Below are positions 27,901-38,204 of a DNA stretch of 50,681 nucleotides, in pieces. Every line of letters begins with the position of its first letter. The stretch's first letter is position 1. The stretch is from contig NW_014577064.1 in assembly GCF_000485595.1 (NCBI RefSeq), forward strand, positions 1,008,780 to 1,059,460. Direction: 5' to 3'. This DNA comes from Priapulus caudatus. Taxonomy: Eukaryota. The notes below the pieces were generated by a model. It did not search any database. It saw only the letters and a program-made list of their open reading frames with translations, and had not been told where the DNA came from. A program made the position numbers and the translations under genes.

Positions 27901-28885
27901 GAGAGAGAGAGNNNNNNNNNNTAGATAGAGATATAGATATAGATATATAGATAAGCACACAGGTAGTAAATAAAATATGCATGGAGTAGACCTATATACT
28001 TACTCTCAACAGGTTTTTGACTCTCCTCACCCTCTGTCTCGGCAAGTTCAATAGACAAACGCTTATTTTCTTCTTGTAACCTGCGGATTGTTTGCATTAA
28101 CTCGGTTGTCTCCAACTTCCATGACTCCTCCATCTGCTCCATCTCCTGATATTCACCAAATTTGCACACACATTATTACTACACAGTATAAATCTGCTTT
28201 CAAGGAGAGTTGATGTTACTAAAACAACACATTTACAATTTGTACTAACAACGATTAACCAAATAAGCATCGCTTGCCTAATCACAATATTGTTTCAATC
28301 TGCAGGGGTGTTGCATACTTTTAATAAAATATTATGGTTTATGGTGATGAGAAATTTGTTCACCAACAGACCTTTCATAGGATTAGTATTATTCTATTAT
28401 GACTAAAATCTTTCTGACCCTTAGGTTTTCACGTACGGTTGTTTACATTCGCTTAAACAATAAACTAAACGAATCCTGGTTATATTTTATTCGGGTTTTA
28501 ACAATAACAACCCTGAAAACATAACAATAACAATAAAGTCGTATGAAAAAGGAAATAAACTAAAACGTCCGTTTTGATACCACACACAAGTTAAAAAGGT
28601 CGCTATGCTAACCATTTCGTATTTCAACCTTTCGGCGATCTTGTCAACTTTCTCCGACTCCAACTTCTGAACAGTTATCTGTAATTCACCGATTTGTGCA
28701 TTTTCCCGTTCGTTTCTTTGCGCCAACGCCTCCAACTGTTCCAACACACGGATCACTTTAGGCATAAGGTCTGTGATCGCTTCCGAGCCATACAACTCTA
28801 TTATCTTCTCAAACTCTTTGCCAATAGCAGCTGCTGACTCGTATACATCGACCACCGTGATATCGGCAACGTTTTCAAAATCCAT
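22848..28885 (-). CDS. RILPL1: RILP-like protein (RH1 + coiled coil + RH2), multi-exon gene span
   Basis: Exons 28885-28613, 28145-28004, 26825-26704, 25878-25699, (25611-25561?), 25154-25065, 24638-24478, 23488-23381, 23055-22848 join in frame, GT-AG throughout apart from the optional exon. Motifs: VVDVYESAAAIGKEFEKII...LMPKVIRVLEQLE (RH1), DPDRPRFTLNELRQILWERNELKSK (RH2), QGPINKEP, SGIKRFF. Confidence 0.93.
23381..23488 (-). CDS. RILPL1: RILP-like exon (SLADD...QGPINKEPLEKL...SGIKR)
   Basis: CAG acceptor and GTAAGT donor; motifs typical of RILP-like C-termini. Confidence 0.88.
24478..24638 (-). CDS. RILPL1: RILP-like RH2 domain exon
   Basis: DLKDPDRPRFTLNELRQILWERNELKSKLMEMEEEL; CAG acceptor and GTAGGT donor. 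Confidence 0.93.
25065..25154 (-). CDS. RILPL1: Probable extra coiled-coil exon (ANVSLQTQLLEHEEQAICLRAKLGIVAISE)
   Basis: 90 nt, phase 0-0, TAG acceptor and GAG|GTATCT donor; resembles the end of the preceding exon. Confidence 0.6.
25699..25878 (-). CDS. RILPL1: RILP-like coiled-coil exon (IEAHVDRV...KLGITVEE)
   Basis: 180 nt, phase 0-0, CAG/GTATGG. Confidence 0.9.
26704..26825 (-). CDS. RILPL1: RILP-like exon (ILNEQEWTMVTKLKDSVEKQREQLR...DVES)
   Basis: Strong TTTTCTTTGCAG acceptor and GTAGGT donor; resembles the KLKEVVDKQRDEIR segment of vertebrate RILPL1. Confidence 0.9.
27098..27835 (+). repeat. ~369-bp near-identical tandem duplication in a RILPL intron
   Basis: 27098-27466 vs 27467-27835; a few substitutions and small indels. 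Confidence 0.92.
28004..28145 (-). CDS. RILPL1: RILP-like exon 2 (EMEQMEESWKLETTELMQTIRRLQEENKRL...)
   Basis: CAG acceptor and GTAAGT donor; LQEENK motif. Confidence 0.92.
28613..28885 (-). CDS. RILPL1: RILP-like exon 1 (RH1 domain)
   Basis: ATG at 28885, 91 codons, GTTAGC donor. Confidence 0.93.
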
Positions 28886-29294
28886 TATGGGAAATAATGA
28901 CTTAAATCGTACGAAAATCTTGAAACAGCACTATACCAGGAAGAATTATCAACCTCTTGCGCAACAAGTGAGCAGTCGCTAACAGCGCCACAGTACGATG
29001 AAGACACGACACAACTGAAGTCTAGGCCGTAGTCTGAGTGCAGGAAAATACGCTTGGAAAATACGCTATCTAAATAATAACCTCATAAATCTTAGTATTC
29101 AAAGGTCCTAGGGACTATAACGAAAACGAGATAATCTGCTAGTAAATACATGAACAGCATTGTATACATTGTATTTACAATGTTACATAATGTTACACAT
29201 TGAGGCTGTGGGTTGAGTCCACTGATCTCTATATTGTATTATATTGTATTATATTGTATTATATTGTATTATATTATATCTCTATATAGTATTA

Positions 29295-29297
<3 letters not shown>

Positions 29298-29326
<29 letters not shown>

Positions 29327-29452
29327 CTTCTTCTTCTTCTTCTTCTTCTTCTTCTTCTTCTTCTTCTCGGGTCACTACACTACACTCGGCCCAGTCACTG
29401 CAGCACACAAGACTTGGCACGGTGGTTGAAAGCCTCAAGGTCTCCAGGGCCT
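29298..29452 (-). mobile_element. Probable 5'-truncated non-LTR retrotransposon 3' end with (GAA)n tail
   Basis: Short GC-rich segment followed on the minus strand by a long pure GAA run, inserted in an AT-rich MITE body. Confidence 0.45.
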
Positions 29453-29471
29453 TAATTATAGTATATAGTAT

Positions 29472-29511
29472 CAGGAGCGTATAATGACAAATATGTCATT
29501 ATACGCTCCTG
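29472..29511. mobile_element. 40-bp palindromic mini-element, 7-bp TSD
   Basis: CAGGAGCGTATAATGACA-AATA-TGTCATTATACGCTCCTG flanked by ATAGTAT on both sides. Confidence 0.8.
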
Positions 29512-30210
29512 ATAGTATATATATAGTATTATAGTATATTATATTATAGTATTATACTAACCTAGTATAATAAGTTAGTATAATAGAGAGATCAGTGGTT
29601 GAGTCTCCCGACGTGTTATGTTATTATATATGAAGATTATTGAATTAATTATAAACAAAATACTCAATTCTTTCACCTACTCAATTGTATTTACACGAAC
29701 GTAGTACGGGTCGCTTCGCTAAGAAGTCGTAAGAAGTATCAGCGATTGGCTGTTTGGCCTTGTGTACGTGTTATAATAGACGCTGGGTTTACACTATCTA
29801 TTATCAGTTTAAAAGTTGACGAGTTGATGTACTTTTCAACGTTCTATCAACCTTTCTATACGATAAGCATTCTCTACAACGAGCATTTACATAATCGGCC
29901 GCGGGTCGGCAAACGTTTCAACATTTCACCCGTAGTGTGCGCGCGGGGCGATGTGGATATATACGCATTTTTTCATGTAATATGCAAGGGTTGCACCAGG
30001 TGTAGCCCGTGTAGCGCCGATATTGATGTTATAGGGAGAACGGCAAACGTGTTTTAGGTCGGGCGTTTCTAGGGGCATTGTGAAATAGAGGTAGGACGCG
30101 GTCTGGGAGAACCGGTGACATGTGCGCTCATGATGTAGGGGTTTTGGGGGTAATATATAGAAGAGAGATGAGAGAGACGGGTAAAGAACAGAGATGTAGG
30201 AGTGGGGGAG

Positions 30211-30364
30211 CAGGGGCGTGTACAGGGAGGGGGGGGGGTCCAGGGCTGAAAACGCATCTGAGGGGGTCTAATTTCAAAAAATTTCTGGACCCCCCCCTTC
30301 GCGTGCTCGCAAGTTTGGGTTACGGTTAGACCCCCTCCTGGTCAAAATCCTGTACACGCCCCTG
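30211..30364. mobile_element. hAT-type MITE (CAGGGGCG termini) with 5-bp TSD
   Basis: 16-bp TIR CAGGGGCGTGTACAGG / CCTGTACACGCCCCTG; GGGAG on both flanks. Confidence 0.8.
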
Positions 30365-32785
30365 GGGAGTCTGGTTGTGGTCGCGTGAGTAAGCACACCC
30401 GCTTACGCGCGTGTGCGCGTTTCTTTGGCTCTCTGTGCAAGATGTGACTACACTGTGTGTAAGATATTAAAGTTTATTCAGTTTAATACACAAGTTTTGG
30501 CTTACTTCATCATTTATAGAAACTCAAACATAATTCAACGTTACAATTGGATAACTACCTAAATAACTAAGCAGTTGCGCGCGAAACTTTTACGTTTACG
30601 CTGTCGATTTTCGGTCGAATAATTAAACAATTTATCAAATTCGTAAATTTTCCAGCAAAAAGTTGATAGTGCAAACCCAGCTAGACATGCAGCTTGTGGA
30701 CAGCTAACTGGTGTAACTATATATTAGCTAGTAGACAGACTGCGCGGTTAGTATTTCAGCCAATAAGAAAAAAGAATAAGCGTCTAGAGAGCGAAAAGCG
30801 AGGAAGATGCTTGCTTGGTTTTTTGGTTACCAAATTTGGTAATTATGTGGGAAAACTACGTGGTGTGAAGGAAACAGAGACGACCTAGCTGTTTAAGAGC
30901 TCATATAAGAGCGAGTGCGCGTGTAGATAAGACATAATTGAGTACTTCAGAGAGCAGAGAGTAGACAGAATGAACCGGTCGAGTATTAGTTATGCTCGAG
31001 CTTGAAATATTGTCTATGCGTAAATATCATTGTGCGGTATTTCTGTCTTATTATCGTATTCTTGAGTAAACCTTGTGAATTCCCCTGCGTAGTTGTGGCT
31101 TCCCGACTACAATATACATAATCATGGGGTGTCAATTCCGTGCATCTATCTAGTGATAAGAGCTAGACCACAACGTTAATAAAAATGAATCACAATGCTA
31201 TCTATTCAGCAAATCATTTCTAAGCGCGCTTTTTGATATTGTATGTAATTATTTCTATTGTAACATTGTAAGATATGCAACGGTATCGTCGACGCGTTCC
31301 ATGGCGAAAAAAGAATCAACATTTTGATGACTCGATTTAAAATGTATATAAAATGTATGGGGTTTCCAAATACGTGTATAAATGCACTTTTCAAAACGGG
31401 TATGCAAAATATTTTCACCTCACGTTGGATGTGTAGTAATCTCTGTAGTACTGACGTGAGTCAGCGCTACCATGGCAATTATAATCCTTCTTGCAAACAT
31501 TACAAACGAGGACTTAATTCCGAGTATTTCGAAAGTAAGATGTGATAGACACTTCCAATATCCATCTACTCGGGAATAACTTCTCTCGGCGCACAACGAC
31601 GTATGGAGCTTGTTTTTGAGTCTATGATAGCTCAAGTGAAGCGTCTTGGGTTTGTAAACGCAATGGTATTACAGCGGCGTAAAAATAATACAGTACCATC
31701 ACTGCCGTTTCATTTGTCAATTCCACATATGTATAATGTCAATATGATACGTGTTTACGTTTGAGCTTACATTTGTAAATTGTGCGCTCCTAGTTTATAT
31801 TTCTACACTGAATGCTGCTATTTCTTATTGTTTCTGTGACAACATTTCAATGGCAGAATTTACCTGATTTTTCATATATTTGTATAGAAACTATTTTTAG
31901 GTTACAGTTATCTTTATTGAAAACCTTAACAATAATCAAGACATTAACGGCGTACGATAGCAAGTAACCAGACTAAACATTGTACATCGCCATTAGATGC
32001 CTTAATTTATTATAATCATGAGCAATAATGATTCCTAGTAATGATAGATAACAGTAATAGCAATAATATGCATCAAGCTGGTGTGCATTAAGGAAACTAT
32101 ATATCATTACATTTTCTATACAAATACAACTTTTTAGGACTAAGAAAAATCTAGGCGGAGTCTTCCCTTGCACTAGTAGCAATTTCCACATGAAAAGTTT
32201 CACAATTAAATATTTTATGATTATAAAAATATTGAATCAAACACGCAAACAAATAACCCGAGTGAACACACTAAAATTATTATGATACTGTACTACTATT
32301 AATGTATGGAAGGGATTTATATAATAATACTAATAAAATATGTTCAGGCTGCCTGATACAAACACTGCTAGAGACAAAATCAACTAAATACAAAAAAAAC
32401 AAGTACAATTATACATCTCAATACCAATTACAGATACTGTGTATTAATGAGACTATCTGCATGTTTTTTATACAAAATATACATACACAATACACAAGTC
32501 AATTATAGTAATTATTGTTCCCAGATATAGGGTGTTTTTCTTGTCTATGACAATGGCTACTCGTTTGCAAGGAATTTCTCAGCAAATTGGCTTAAAAACT
32601 TCTTGTGTGGATGGAGGGAGACCAAGTAGATAGATTTAGTATCACTCTGCTCAACTCATCACAAAAGAGGTTGCTCAGAGCTGTGTAGTGTGGTAGTGAT
32701 TATTACCAGTGTTATATAGTAATATGTTTAATACTGGTAATACCCACCACAGATGGAGCCACCGTCTGCAGCATGGCTGATCTTA

Positions 32786-33087
32786 GGGCGCGTTTGTTTG
32801 AGACCAATCCGTCTGATCGAGATCATATGACCCTGATCCGACCAAACAAACGCAAAACTCACTTTCACCGGTTCACGTTTCGCTGTGACCTATCACGGGA
32901 TGGTTCATAACAAAGAACAAGCTGTGATTGGCTGAGGTACGGGCCGCCATATTGGATCCCTTTCGAATCCACCTCGCCAGCAGGGTCGTGTTCGGTGGAT
33001 CGAGATCAAGTGATCCGACCAAACAAACAGTCAGATCAACGAATCCATCAGATCGAGATCAGTAGATCCGACCAAACAAACGCGCCC
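32786..33087. mobile_element. PIF/Harbinger (Tourist-like) MITE
   Basis: TIR GGGCGCGTTTGTTTG / CAAACAAACGCGCCC; TTA TSD at 32783-85 and 33088-90; internal GATCCGACCAAACAAAC x3. Confidence 0.85.
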
Positions 33088-33184
33088 TTAAGAAGAGTAT
33101 CTAATAAACAAGTAGTCTCATCTATCAAGCCAGTTTCTCTCTTTGATTGCTCACACATCGCACAGCTCGCCTCACGCTGACAAG

Positions 33185-33218
33185 TCAGTACTTTCGTGGT
33201 GACACACTCCTGTCCCTG
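33185..33218 (-). CDS. SR gene probable last coding exon (SRDRSVSPRKY*)
   Basis: TTGCAG|CAG tandem acceptor, phase 2, RS/SP content, TGA stop. Confidence 0.65.
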
Positions 33219-36200
33219 CTGCAATAAATACACAACAAAATCACATTTTTGCGTGTTAGCAACATGTTAATTACACAGTTTATAAATAGTGGTTGCCATG
33301 GAAATATTTAGCTTCACTAACACGAGGAAAGGAAACAAAAAGAAGGGACGTATAATGAGATTAGACATCAGAATTATTATAAGGACAAAGGCGTAGTAGT
33401 AAATTCATTCACTTTTACCACGGTTGGAGAGGAAGAGGTACTAAGAGTGCTTAAAAATATTAATACAGGTAAAACTACTGGGTTAGATAATATTCCTGCA
33501 AAATTTATAAACGATGGATCAAATATTATTTTCTCAGCTGTTACTCATGTAATCAACATGACATTTATCCAAGGTCATCCCAATACATAAAAAAACAGCA
33601 AAACAGAACCCAGAAACCATAGGCCTGTGTCAATAATAAGCGTCATGTCCAAAGTTTTGGAGAGAATAGCCTAGTATACCCAAGTAGAGAAATATTTAAT
33701 ACAAAATTCCTTACTATACGAGTTCCAATCTGGCTTTAGATCAAATTTCTCAACTGACACGAGTTTAATCCATCTAACTGATTTCATTCGTAATGAAACT
33801 GACAAAGGAAATCTAACTGGAATGGTTGTTCCTTGAGAGAAATTCTCAAATGACCAGCAGGTGCAATCACCATATTTAAATTATTGCCATTAAAACAACA
33901 GTGTAGCAAACAAAGTAGCATCAGAAAATTGTTTATCACAACTTCATGAAAGCAAGCATTTTTATCTGATAAAATTTACAGCAAAATGTAGCCATGATAT
34001 TCTGATAATTAAATACCAACGAATTGCAAGATGTTCAGTGAGTAAATACTCCTAATCTAAATAACCGTTGAAACATGATGCGCATCACCATGCTCAGTAG
34101 TTATGTAGGCATAGCCATGCACAAATGACGTTTGAAAACAATGAGGAAAGTCATTGTGAGGAAGTGCAGTTTTTGGTGTGCATTAAACAGGCTCTATGAA
34201 ATTTTGGGTGGGTGGATGGGTCCAATTTACCTGCTACGGCTGTGTCGTCTACTCGGACGATGTCGCACCGGACTTTTGCTCCCACTGCGACTGTGTGAAC
34301 TGCAATCAATCAAATTTTGCATAAAAAAACGTCTGTCACTCAAATGTTAAAGATTATATCATACATCACAATTGCTCAACATGATGAGGTTTTTACTCAT
34401 GGTATCCGTCAACCTGTATAAAATTGTGAATTTGTGACAATTAATTATGTAGTATACACATTCAATAACTTTATATTGTAGACACAGTATTTAATTGATC
34501 TAAACCAAGAATGAGCACACCATTTAGTTACTAAAATGTCTCACTTTAAATTATACAGAATTGATTCAAATTAAACAGTCTTGTAGATTCAATCACTGTT
34601 TTAAACTCTGGAATCATATCTGTGAAACATTTTTGTGTTGATAATTAAAAGTATTATTGGTTATAGGGTGTTACTTAATTAAAACCACCACAACTATGTG
34701 CAAGAGTTTCTTACTGCTTTTCATGCACCTACCTATGCCACAGTACTGGCTGCTGACACCACCATCTGCCCATACCACGTGAATGTCGCACCAATACCAT
34801 TCGCAGTGTCACGGCACTGACCAACCATTACCATTAACCCGGCTCGAAATCACTCCTGTTGCTGTGCTCACACCGTATGGGGGTCACTAACCATGGTCTA
34901 CCCCATATACATCACATCACACCACAACCATACACAGCCTGGCAGGATCAAAGGCACAATAAGAAAATTGACAATTTCACATTCATCGTAGCACGGTCAC
35001 CTTCACCTGAAACACGCTATCAATAATTTGCTACACATAAGTACATGTGTACAGAATGGTAGACAGAATTGTATCCACATTGCAAATTACGCATCAAGCA
35101 AACAAAATATAACTGCTATTAGTTTGCTAAGAACATAAACTTGTATGATTTAAGTTAATGTATATGTAAACTAGGACTGCTTATGAAATGCTGACTGCTA
35201 TATGCATCCCCAGTAAACGTGTCAATAAACCCTTTAGAAATTGACATCAGGGAGGTCTCGTTTTATTCGCAAGCAATTGGTTAGTAAGTGAATTTTAATT
35301 TAGGAAAATTACGTGCTTACATTCTATTTATTATTAACTATATCTAGTAAGAATTAACAATGCAAGAAAGCTATAGAAATGTTAATTTTACTATCACTAG
35401 GTAGTTCCTATAAATTTCATCATTGTCCAAAAGGATTATCTTAGTAGACTACTAATAGAGCTACAAAGTAGAGCATATCTAATCTACCAGAAATAGTCCC
35501 CCATTCTCCATTTATTGAGTGTGTTCTATCATAATAATAGTCATTTACAATCAGTGGCTCCCCCAAAAAAACATGAGTAAGTCATAGTTTTAAGAAAGTA
35601 AAGTATTTAAAAATACTTTAAAAAAGTTTTGAATCAGACTTGTGGTTTCCATCATTCCTTATTCCATTCCTGCATATTGTTTATAAAATATCCATATAAC
35701 CACACTTATCTGCCACCAGACAATTAGCCCTCAAATAACCACTGGTCATAGCCTATATTGCTGTTTCCAGCATATGACACAATCTCAGATAACCTGTTAC
35801 ATATCTTCAGGAGTTAATAAAGACAAATTAATTTGTCTTTATTAACTCCTGGTATCTTACCACTATTCCTGCTTTTTAACTGTGTGAAAGCTTCATTTTC
35901 TGCCATATCTTACTTAACTGTGTACAACTAAAACTAATTTAGTTGTCACATTCGTTTCAGTCGAAGGTTAGCTGTCCCATACATTACGATTACATCTGTT
36001 ATTGCGAGTTATTTCTGTAAGCCATCAAATATGCCTTGTTTTACATGTCAATAGTGATGCCATTTGCTATATCAGCATGACACAGTCATTCTTAGATAAT
36101 TGTTTACTTGTATAAAGTCTTTTGCTTACACTTCTGCTTGGAAAACAACTTGAGGTTAAATAAAGCAGAGTTGCTTGTACCCCTGTCCCAGCCACTGATT

Positions 36201-37395
36201 GTACATATTTAGCGTCATGTGTGCTTTGATAAGTCAAACAACAAATCGCAGTGCATGATGAATGGCTCACAAATAAAACGTACTTTTCTCGTCGGTATCC
36301 CCAGACACGGTCACAGTTTCTGGCAAAGTGTCCCCGCCCTCCACACTGGTAGCAGCGCATGTTTGGGTCATAGCCTCGACGGCGACCATCTCCTAATCCC
36401 CGTGTACGCGGCCGTGCCATTGTCACACGAACTTTGCTGCCACACAGAGTTCTGATCAGAATAGAAATTGCATTGGGATTAGTGCAAGGAAACCACACAT
36501 GGTCACATAACATTAAAACTGTAAACTAATATGAAAACAATTTTAGTACTAAGTTAGCAACCAATAATACAATTCTTTTTATATTATACGACCGTTCAAA
36601 GATGGGCATAACCTCAACTCTATTCCTAACTATAATATAAAATTTAATAGTGAATGTCATGGTACCCAATATAGGCACTAGCTCAATGGTTATTGCTTGA
36701 CTGCATGGCCACAGCAATTAGCACTGCCTAACAATAATTCCGCTTAGTATTAACCAAATGTGATGCAAATGACTCATGTTATAAAGTACATGCCTTAATG
36801 ACAACAAAAATTGTACCCACGTGTTGTCCAATGCCCTTACGGCTTCCTCGGCTTCATATTTCTTTTTAAAAACCACAAAGGCAAAACATGGAGGGTTTCG
36901 TGCCAACCACACTTCTGCAATATACAACATAGAACACAATCATCTGCTAAAAATTCACAACAAAATGACTCTACGATAAAGCGCAAATCTAGTCATTTTA
37001 AAGTCGCCTAAATCTATGGAAAGATAAGATGATCTTCACAGCAACTCATACTTCAGAGTAGTCTAGCTAACACAACACATCAAATATCCCAAAACACATG
37101 TGAAATAACCATTGAAGCCCTGAAGAAATCCAATTGGACAGAATGTATGTAACTGGTCCAAAAATTTGTTCTGAAACTTCCACATACCAGCTACTAATCC
37201 GTATTTCTCAAATGCTTTTGTTATCTCTGTCTTAGAGCAGTCAATGCCGAGGTCAGCCACGTGGACCCTCACTCCATCTGCCGATGCCTCCTGACTGTGG
37301 GAGCGAGAACGGGAACGGCTCCTGCTGCGTGACCGGTACGATGATCTTCGTGGCGGACTGCGAGACCTTGACCTCGATAAACTGCTACGACCCAT
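33185..37395 (-). CDS. SRSF7-like: SR splicing factor, SRSF3/7 (9G8/Rsf1)-family: N-terminal RS tract, RRM, CCHC zinc knuckle, short C-terminal RS; gene span
   Basis: Exons 37395-37188, 36914-36821, 36451-36284, 34299-34231 and 33218-33185 splice in frame (573 nt). EVWLARNPPCFAFVVF resembles SRSF3/7 VWVARNPPGFAFVEF; knuckle RCYQCGGRGHFARNC. Exact orthology is uncertain. Confidence 0.88.
33400..33833 (+). mobile_element. Decayed LINE reverse-transcriptase fragment (CR1/L2/Jockey-type), antisense in SR-gene intron
   Basis: Manual translation across frameshifts: EEEVLRVLKNINTGKTTGLDNIPAKF / PIHKKNSKTEPRNHRPVSIISVMSKVLER / LLYEFQSGFRSNFSTDTSLIHLTDFI, i.e. the N-terminal RT motifs. Confidence 0.9.
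34231..34299 (-). CDS. SR gene RS exon (SHSRSGSKSPVRHRPSRRHSRS)
   Basis: TTGCAG acceptor, CAG|GTAAAT donor, phase 2-2. Confidence 0.8.
35808..35851. mobile_element. 44-bp palindromic mini-element (CAGGAGTT subfamily)
   Basis: CAGGAGTTAATAAAGACAAATTAATTTGTCTTTATTAACTCCTG is a perfect palindrome; flanks ATATCTT / GTATCTT. Confidence 0.75.
36284..36451 (-). CDS. SR gene exon: RRM end plus zinc knuckle
   Basis: TLCGSKVRVTMARPRTRG...RCYQCGGRGHFARNC; CAG/GTACGT. Confidence 0.92.
36821..36914 (-). CDS. SR gene exon: RNP1
   Basis: VWLARNPPCFAFVVFKKKYEAEEAVRALD; CAG/GTGGGT. Confidence 0.92.
37188..37395 (-). CDS. SR gene first coding exon: RS tract plus RRM start
   Basis: MGRSSLSRSRSRSPPRR...RVHVADLG...AFEKYG; GTATGT donor. 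The exon extends upstream to a TTTTCAG acceptor at 37438. Confidence 0.9.
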
Positions 37396-37400
37396 CGCTT

Positions 37401-37436
37401 CTAGATTCTTTCCCCGACCTTTGATAATTCTGGCAT
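37401..37436 (-). promoter_or_regulatory. Upstream ORF (MPELSKVGERI*) in SR-gene 5' UTR
   Basis: ATG 2 nt after the acceptor; TAG ends 5 nt before the main ATG. Confidence 0.5.
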
Positions 37437-37679
37437 AACTGAAAATGAATTACATAGAATTTTGGGTGCAAATACACTTTACATAACTTGTGTATCATGA
37501 GCGATGCACAGAATTATATGTATAACGAAATGATGCATAATAAGTTAACTAACATAATATCAGAAGTAGATAATAGGGAAGGAGTGTGACTTCAATAAAC
37601 ATGGGAAATTCGTCATTTACTAGCCTTAGAATACCTACGATTTACTACGCGTACAACTCAACCAACTTGAGCTCAAATT

Positions 37680-38204
37680 GTACACAGTACATTCGCCTAG
37701 CATCGTGCAAAATCGTTTCCTCGTATACACCCGCAATCCGGAGATACAGACTAAAACGTACGACACGATTCTCCATTCTGTTGCCAGCAAACCAAATCCA
37801 TAACCCGCCTAACTTGAAACAATAGGCAGCTACTAACGACTCTTGTGCACTCTTGTGCCCTCGGCGATGCGGTGTGGCTCGCTGGGAGATTGGACATCGA
37901 CGTAACACTTGGCGAGCTAATCTTTGACCTATTTACAGCTGGTATGCCCCCACGCACGCACGCCCACCGCAATCAGTAGCAGCTCCAGCTCCAATCTCCC
38001 AGCGAGCCACACCGCATCGCCGAGAGCACAAGAGTGTGCAAGAGTCGTTAGTAGCTGCCTATTGTTTCAAGTTAGGTGGGTTATAGATTCGGTTTGCTGG
38101 CAACAGAATGGAGAATCGTGTCGTACGTTTTAGTCTGTATCTCTGGATTGCGGGTGTATACAAGGAAACAATTTCGCACGATGCTAGGCAAATGTACTGT
38201 GTAC
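37680..38204. mobile_element. Foldback element/MITE with 215-bp inverted arms and 95-bp spacer
   Basis: 37680-37894 is the reverse complement of 37990-38204 with 11 mismatches by my count; possible TA TSD. Confidence 0.9.

Larger units (their letters stand above)
29220..29597. mobile_element. MITE with CACTGATCTCT TIRs and 8-bp TSD (P or hAT superfamily), carrying nested inserts
   Basis: GTTGAGTC at 29212-19 and 29598-605; termini CACTGATCTCT / AGAGATCAGTG. Confidence 0.8.

Noticed and set aside
30750..31660. Possible plus-strand gene between RILPL and the SR gene (CCAAT box, ATG...G|GTAATT)
   Set aside because: No joinable exons or recognisable protein found.
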